From the IMG/VR virus record IMGVR_UViG_3300002026_000017, positions 19,645 through 83,644 of that record: a DNA stretch of 64,000 bases; one strand, given 5' to 3'. The translations under genes and the position numbers were made by a program. Shown here one piece after another: positions 58,239-64,000 of the stretch; position 1 is the stretch's first letter; each line of letters opens with the position of its first letter. Below the pieces are notes generated by a model. The model saw nothing but the letters and a program-made list of their open reading frames with translations. It was not told the origin of the DNA and made no database searches. This stretch comes from a virus. Lineage: Duplodnaviria > Caudoviricetes.

Positions 58239-58775
58239 TTAATTAATACTATCTTTAGATATATTAAGTGTATCTATTTTTGTTTTCCTCCAAAAAGATT
58301 TACTTTTTGTTATAACAATTGTATCTATATTTCGAATAATTGAATTTTTAACAGTATCTGAATTTTTGGTGGGTAAAAAATTACCCACCAAATTTTCTTC
58401 TTCTATAGTATTTTCCTTAATTTCACTAATTTCCTTCTTATTAAAAAGATAAATTTCGGATTCTTTTATTTTATTCAATTGAATTTTTTTCTCTTTAATA
58501 TTGGAATTTAAAATTTCAATTGTTTTTTCCTTGTTATTTAATAATTTAGCATTTTCTTTTCGAAGTTTATTAACATATTTTGTTGCTTCAATCATTATTT
58601 TTTCATCAGAAGAAATATTAATATTACTATCACAATTTTTACAGGGATTTTTATTAATTAATGAAACTTTATCAATATTTTTAGTTTCAATTGATGTTTT
58701 ATTAATTTTACTTATTAAAATTGTTACTATACAAAAAAACGATATTAATACAGTATATATAAATTTACCTGTCAT
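58239..58775 (-). CDS. Membrane-anchored coiled-coil protein (i-spanin candidate)
   Basis: N-terminal TM followed by periplasmic coiled coil; upstream of endolysin. Confidence 0.5.
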   Translation of the reverse strand: MTGKFIYTVLISFFCIVTILISKINKTSIETKNIDKVSLINKNPCKNCDSNINISSDEKIMIEATKYVNKLRKENAKLLNNKEKTIEILNSNIKEKKIQLNKIKESEIYLFNKKEISEIKENTIEEENLVGNFLPTKNSDTVKNSIIRNIDTIVITKSKSFWRKTKIDTLNISKDSIN

Positions 58776-59043
58776 GATTTTGTAATTTTTGGTTAAACAC
58801 TATATCTTCGAGGATTTTATTTCTTCTTTGTAATTCCAAATTACAATTTTTTAAATTCAAAACCTCCATTTTATTTTCCAATCTTAATCTACTATTTTCA
58901 GTATCTTTTTGTAAAACTAATTTATCTTTTTCAGCTAATAATGACATACTAACAGACCCTAATGCTATTAGAGTAATAAAAAATAAATAAGTGTTTGGAC
59001 TACTGAAAAATGTTTTAAAATCTAACTTAAATAATTTCTCCAT
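58765..59043 (-). CDS. Single-TM coiled-coil protein (lysis accessory/holin candidate)
   Basis: YLFFITLIALGSVSMSLL TM plus coiled coil; overlaps the next lysis gene. Confidence 0.5.
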   Translation of the reverse strand: MEKLFKLDFKTFFSSPNTYLFFITLIALGSVSMSLLAEKDKLVLQKDTENSRLRLENKMEVLNLKNCNLELQRRNKILEDIVFNQKLQNHDR

Positions 59044-59085
59044 TTTTAATTTTTTGTTTGATTTGTTTGATTTGTTTGATTTATA

Positions 59086-60216
59086 TTACCAAGTTGCCAC
59101 TGCGCTACGTACCCAAGTATTTGTTGCTGTACAAACATAAATGTAAGTTGATGTTACTCTAATTTCTCCTACAACCCCTGTATCTGTAGATGAAGCTGGT
59201 GCAGTTGTATTTAATATACCTATTTTACCATATTTAGTTGGTAAAACCCATTCATTTAATGCTGGAAACGTTTCTACCACAGGAGAGCTTAATTTTATTT
59301 TAGCTGTACTACCATTACTTGAGTGAAAAACAAAACCATCAGTAGCTACTCCAGCATAATTGGAATTTGCTCCTGTAGGATTATTTCCAATCCCATCACA
59401 TACTTTTATCATTTGTCTATAAGCATCTAAATCAATAAAAACAGTATGTGTGCTTTCATCAGTTATTTTAAATGAAGTTGCTCCATTACCCGTATTCATT
59501 ATGAATACTGGATAACCATTAGCATCATATCCCAGAATACCACTTTGATTTATATTTAACCTATTTCCAAAAGGTTGAGTTCCAATAGAAATAGCATTAA
59601 ACGAAGTGTTATTTAGCTTAATACTTGAAGTAGCTGTATTGCCTGCTGTTAATACATCTTGCAAAGTAGGACTTGCGCCACCAGCATTAGCTTCCCAAAT
59701 ACCATTTTTTCTAATATACGATGTACCATCTGAAGGAGCGTCTGTAACTAATGAACCAGATATATTTGGAAATTGAAATACTTTTTCACCGCCTGTTACA
59801 TTATCAGCTCGTAAAACAGCTATATCTGTTAACGAATTTTTAATTAAACTTAAACTACCAGGACCTATAATAGTTCTTTGTGGACTACTATCAGTTGATA
59901 CAATTATATTATTTGTTGTATTATTTCCAAAAGTTGTCACTTCCTGTAAATTTAATGAAAATGGATTAATCCAAGAAGTTCCTGTAAATAATTTTAATTT
60001 ACCTTCTGTTGTATTAAACATTAATGGATAAGAATTATTACAAACTAAATTATTTATTGGTGAAAATGGAATACCAAATCTTTTCTTAACATTTAGAAAA
60101 TAATCTACTTGAGTAAATGCTCCTGTTGAACGTAATTTCACTGGAGGTGTTGTTTGTCCCTGTGCTAGTGTTGATATTAAAAATATCAAAAATAATAAAA
60201 TTTTAAAATTTTTCAT
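59086..60216 (-). CDS. Tail-fibre-like protein with an N-terminal signal peptide
   Basis: MKNFKILLFLIFLISTLAQG-Q signal; fibre-type motifs LQEVTTFGN, DAPSDGTSYIRKNG, LQDVLTAGN, and C-terminal GEIRVTSTYIYVCTATNTW. Confidence 0.6.
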   Translation of the reverse strand: MKNFKILLFLIFLISTLAQGQTTPPVKLRSTGAFTQVDYFLNVKKRFGIPFSPINNLVCNNSYPLMFNTTEGKLKLFTGTSWINPFSLNLQEVTTFGNNTTNNIIVSTDSSPQRTIIGPGSLSLIKNSLTDIAVLRADNVTGGEKVFQFPNISGSLVTDAPSDGTSYIRKNGIWEANAGGASPTLQDVLTAGNTATSSIKLNNTSFNAISIGTQPFGNRLNINQSGILGYDANGYPVFIMNTGNGATSFKITDESTHTVFIDLDAYRQMIKVCDGIGNNPTGANSNYAGVATDGFVFHSSNGSTAKIKLSSPVVETFPALNEWVLPTKYGKIGILNTTAPASSTDTGVVGEIRVTSTYIYVCTATNTWVRSAVATW

Positions 60217-60277
60217 GTTGTTATGTTTTATAATTATTTATCAGTATTTATTTAAGTATTTGAATATTGAAGTTAAA

Positions 60278-60817
60278 CTATTTATTAAATAGAATTTTTA
60301 TAAAAAAATTATTCTGTTTTGCAGCATCTAAAGATTTAATATAAAAATGAAATGAAATTGGAAGCATTGCAATAAATTCACCTATAGCTAAACTATAAAA
60401 ACCAAAAGGAACTAACCCTAATCCTAAAGCTGAAAAAATAGCAATATACCATTTATATTTTCTTAAATAAATAGAACTACTTAATCCAATTGAAAATATT
60501 GATGTTCCAAAAAATATTCCTGCAAAAGTAAAATGAGCAAAACCGTTTTCTTTAAATGGTGTTAATGCAATCCCCAATAATGAAATACCTAAAATTATAT
60601 TATACCAATGTTTATTATTACCAGCATAATTATATAAAAACATAGTAGCTGCTATTGTTAATAAAGCTACAAATAAATTATGTTGAGAACTATAAGCATA
60701 TGAACTAATACTTGGTAAAACTTTTCCTGTAGTAATTATTAAAATTGGAAATGTTAAAAGTAAAAATATAGCTAAACTTCTTTCAAATTGATGAATGTTA
60801 ATTCTCATAATAATCAA
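60278..60817 (-). CDS. Polytopic membrane protein (DUF998-like)
   Basis: Five to six hydrophobic segments; SISSYAYS, HFTFAGIFF motifs. Confidence 0.6.
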   Translation of the reverse strand: MIIMRINIHQFERSLAIFLLLTFPILIITTGKVLPSISSYAYSSQHNLFVALLTIAATMFLYNYAGNNKHWYNIILGISLLGIALTPFKENGFAHFTFAGIFFGTSIFSIGLSSSIYLRKYKWYIAIFSALGLGLVPFGFYSLAIGEFIAMLPISFHFYIKSLDAAKQNNFFIKILFNK

Positions 60818-61553
60818 TATTTACTGAGTTAATAATATAATCTAATGTTTCTTGTTTTAAATTTTCATTTGTTGGTGTTAATTGTAATGCTTGTACTAAT
60901 GGTTTATGTTCACGTTCCTCTCGATAAAGAGTTACGAATTTTTGTAAACCATCAAATAATTTTAATGCTTCCATTAATTGGGGCTCTATTAATTGGCGAG
61001 TGTCATCCATTAAGCATTTTCTAAAAATTAATGTAGCTGTATTCTTACGAACTCTTTCTAAAATACTTGACCTACTTTTCTTATCAGCTTCAACTCTTTC
61101 GTTTTCATTATATACTCTTGTTGGTAATATATATTCCTCATAAGTGCCATCATATCGGAAATATCTAACTAATAATTCACGCTTTAGATATAATTTAGCC
61201 ATTAATCCTGTACCAACTTTATATCTAATATATTTTAATTCTTCAACTATTGCAGTTAGACCTGTATTTGTTAACCAGGTCATTTTTGACTTATCTCCCC
61301 AAGAATCAATATCTGCAACACTATCCAAATAAAATGTGGACCATACAGAAAAATTATCTGTTTTATTAACTTCAAATTGATTATTATATATAAATCTTTT
61401 ATCTTCAGTTAATTCAATAATATTACTTATGCCATTAAAATCATTTCGAAGATATTGTTTAGTGTTTTCATCAAAATTAGCTATTAACTCTTCTAAATGA
61501 TTAATATCAATTATTTTTATTCCATCTAATATCATAATAAAATTTTTATCCAA
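60798..61553 (-). CDS. Hypothetical protein (possible fibre assembly chaperone)
   Basis: 251 aa coupled directly downstream of the long fibre gene. Confidence 0.55.
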   Translation of the reverse strand: MDKNFIMILDGIKIIDINHLEELIANFDENTKQYLRNDFNGISNIIELTEDKRFIYNNQFEVNKTDNFSVWSTFYLDSVADIDSWGDKSKMTWLTNTGLTAIVEELKYIRYKVGTGLMAKLYLKRELLVRYFRYDGTYEEYILPTRVYNENERVEADKKSRSSILERVRKNTATLIFRKCLMDDTRQLIEPQLMEALKLFDGLQKFVTLYREEREHKPLVQALQLTPTNENLKQETLDYIINSVNIDYYEN

Positions 61554-64000
61554 TTAAACCAATAGTACTTGAACCAATTTTTGCTGTAACAGCGGAACCA
61601 TTTACCTCACTACGGAATATTATATTAATAGTGGTTGAATGAGATGTTGCTAAATTAGTAATGTTAGCTATAATTGTAGCTGAATTATTACCAGCTGCTG
61701 AAGCAGTACCTAGAGTTCCATAAACAGTAGTTACATTCTGAGCTACATTAATTACATCACCATCAGTTAAGTTATTAGATAATGCCCTTGAACTCAATCT
61801 TATATCATTAGAAAATGAACCTACTACATTATCATTAGCGCCAGCAGGTTGTATTATCTGAATTCCATAAAATACTCCTGTATTTATTGCTGCAGATACA
61901 AATATCAAAATACCAGTTAAAGTTATTGACTTACCTGGAGGTAAAGTAAAACTATGATTAGATAGTACTGATGGCGTTGTATTACTTGTATTTGCTTGTG
62001 TAGTTAATAAAGTACTCTTTACCATCTGTATATTATTTGGTAAATTTGTTAATAAACTACCATCACCAATAAATTGATGTGCTTGTAATTTACCATCAAA
62101 ATTAAACAACTCTTTGTTAATTGAGTAATTTAATACTACTTTTATTTCAGTAATATTAACATCTACTCCAGTATCATTAAAACTGTCGCTAAATTGAAAT
62201 AACCATGTGCCTGCTGGTGATATTGTAGTAGACGTAAGTAATAAACCATTTGTTACAACACCAGAAAAATTTCCAGTATTAGCAACTTGTAAATCTGTTA
62301 ATTGTGTTGCATTAGGTAATGTTATTCTTGTTAATAGCTCGTTTGTATATGATAGGACATTACTTTGGTATGTTATATAAACTTGTGTTGATACTAATAA
62401 CGCACCTACAGGTATTGATGGAACTATTACGGAAATATTTGTATTTGCAGGGTCATCATAAACTGTAGCGTTTGCAATACCACCAGTACCTGTTGTTGTT
62501 TGCTGTAATGTTAAAGTAGTATTACTTATTGATAAATTAGGTAATACATCAAAATTAACATGTTCACCATCAATGTTATCGGTAATAGTTATTTTGGAAT
62601 TTGTTTGTAATAACTTTTTAAATTTTAAATCAACTCCAATCTTTTCTTTAAATAAACCAATACCTGTTGTGCCTAAATTTGTAACTGTATTAGACTCTCC
62701 AGTTGAATTATTAATAATACCACCTAACCCCGTAACAGAAATTTTACGTATTTCGGCATTTGTTAATATGTTTAGATTTGTCGTACCTTGTTGAATTATT
62801 AATAGCGCAATATCTTTATTATAAGATAAATATGGATTTTTATCGAAATTATCCAATAAATAAGCGTTTATAGCTTCTTCTTTAGTGTTGTAATAATTTT
62901 GACCATAATAAATGTCTACATATTCATATGGTGGATAATAAGTAATTCTTTGTGCTGTAAATGTTCCTGCAGGAACATTTGCTAAAACAGTACTACCATT
63001 ATCATATTTTGACGGGTCAACATTTAACACAAACGGGTTACTATTATACCAATCACCTAAACCATCTCTATTATAATATTTAATGGGTACATTTAATACT
63101 TCTGAACCAAAAAAATGATTAGGAGCTATTTTGTTTTGAATAAAACCTGTACCATTATCAAAGAAAATTCCAGAACCAACATTTAAACCTAAATTATTAC
63201 TACCACTAATACCAATTTTAAAACCATCTGATATAAAACTACCAAAAGTTTCTAAAAATTGTTGCCATTGCAAACCTAAATTAACATTATATTGTGGTTC
63301 AGTACCACATCTATCAATATGTGTACTTGTTGTGTGTTCTAAATAGCCAATAGGCAACACATTACCCATTTGTAATACGGACTGTAAATCTTGTGTCATT
63401 ACTAATTGACTATTTTCATCCATACCTAAAAAAGTATAAGGTGCAACACTTAATAATGGTGTTGTTGCTCCAATTATAGAGTTCCATGTGATTTTTACTG
63501 GTAAATCATTTACAAAAACTATTCCTGAACCACTAGGAAAATTAAATTTAGTATTATCAACATTAATTTCTATTTCACCATTAAGTGTTAATAGAGTTGT
63601 TGACATTAAGTTTTTTATATCTGTTTGTATAGTTGTTAAATCTTGATGGTCTCCAACTAACACATAAACTGTTCCGCCCCAACGATATATTTTATTTGAA
63701 TCAATAGTTAAATCAACATATAATTTATTTGACACCGGTATTATTTGATTTAGTAATTGTGCTTCACTAAAGAAAGACGTGCCATTAAAATAACCTTCTA
63801 TAATTTCATCAAAATTACCTAAATCATTAGTTCTAATGAAAGGATTTACTGTTGGATTAGTTAAATCCTCAAGACTTGTAGGGATTGTAGGTAAATCATT
63901 ATCTCTAATAAAAGGGTTTACTGTTGGATTATTTAAATCCTCAAGACTTGTAGGTAAATCATTATCTCTAATAAAAGGGTTTACTGTTGGATTATTTAAA
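61546..64000 (-). CDS. Tail fibre/receptor-binding-like structural protein, 5' end beyond the window
   Basis: Frame is open from 64000 through the track's GTG at 63735 (...QIIPVSNKLYV...); Thr/Asn/Gly beta-rich; TVTNLGTTGIGLFK fibre motif. Confidence 0.7.
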   Translation of the reverse strand, partial: LNNPTVNPFIRDNDLPTSLEDLNNPTVNPFIRDNDLPTIPTSLEDLTNPTVNPFIRTNDLGNFDEIIEGYFNGTSFFSEAQLLNQIIPVSNKLYVDLTIDSNKIYRWGGTVYVLVGDHQDLTTIQTDIKNLMSTTLLTLNGEIEINVDNTKFNFPSGSGIVFVNDLPVKITWNSIIGATTPLLSVAPYTFLGMDENSQLVMTQDLQSVLQMGNVLPIGYLEHTTSTHIDRCGTEPQYNVNLGLQWQQFLETFGSFISDGFKIGISGSNNLGLNVGSGIFFDNGTGFIQNKIAPNHFFGSEVLNVPIKYYNRDGLGDWYNSNPFVLNVDPSKYDNGSTVLANVPAGTFTAQRITYYPPYEYVDIYYGQNYYNTKEEAINAYLLDNFDKNPYLSYNKDIALLIIQQGTTNLNILTNAEIRKISVTGLGGIINNSTGESNTVTNLGTTGIGLFKEKIGVDLKFKKLLQTNSKITITDNIDGEHVNFDVLPNLSISNTTLTLQQTTTGTGGIANATVYDDPANTNISVIVPSIPVGALLVSTQVYITYQSNVLSYTNELLTRITLPNATQLTDLQVANTGNFSGVVTNGLLLTSTTISPAGTWLFQFSDSFNDTGVDVNITEIKVVLNYSINKELFNFDGKLQAHQFIGDGSLLTNLPNNIQMVKSTLLTTQANTSNTTPSVLSNHSFTLPPGKSITLTGILIFVSAAINTGVFYGIQIIQPAGANDNVVGSFSNDIRLSSRALSNNLTDGDVINVAQNVTTVYGTLGTASAAGNNSATIIANITNLATSHSTTINIIFRSEVNGSAVTAKIGSSTIGLIG
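63838..64000. repeat. ~63-nt coding tandem repeat (LNNPTVNPFIRDNDLPTSLED)
   Basis: About 2.5 copies at the window end, one with a 9-nt TIP insertion. Confidence 0.9.

Noticed and set aside
5464-62794. Remaining short plus-strand track ORFs (e.g. 14095-14466, 45193-45504, 52390-52794, 58501-58785)
   Set aside because: All lie opposite convincing minus-strand genes and lack recognisable motifs
63838-64000. 63-nt repeats as CRISPR or terminal repeat
   Set aside because: No unique spacers; they encode an in-frame peptide repeat
1-64000. Stop-codon reassignment as in some gut jumbo phages
   Set aside because: Core genes are full length in code 11, and TGA ends at least one gene (8012-8014)
1-64000. 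tRNA, rRNA, DGR, integrase or large terminase genes
   Set aside because: No cloverleaf, rRNA-like, reverse transcriptase, recombinase or terminase ATPase motifs were recognised in this window

Overview
A 64-kb segment of a very AT-rich (by eye ~20-25% GC) large/jumbo myovirus genome with T4-like core genes. Essentially all genes are on the minus strand and read through in the standard bacterial code. The window holds the head module (portal, prohead protease, scaffold, major capsid), gp2/gp4-like genes, neck proteins (gp13/gp14-like), a probable small terminase, tail sheath and tube, tail-assembly/hub genes, a tape measure protein, very large baseplate/fibre proteins and a GH108 lysis cassette. 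A replication/transcription island carries a gp55-like late sigma factor, a family-B DNA polymerase split into two genes, a PCNA/gp45-like clamp and a gp56-like dCTP/dUTPase. Accessory genes include Dps, an exported nuclease, two GNATs, two HNH/AP2-type endonucleases and a Cys-His-Asp enzyme. Signal peptides followed by Gln and A-rich starts without Shine-Dalgarno sequences suggest a Bacteroidota host (inference). The best leads are: a candidate +1/-2 programmed frameshift at CCC-GGG-GGA fusing gp26-like and gp51-like ORFs; the heterodimeric PolB with three genes between its halves; a recurring [LI]-[NFYMT]-E-[SN] motif that may mark prohead-protease substrates; and several exported or host-modifying proteins. 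All family assignments come from recalled motifs; no database searches were run.
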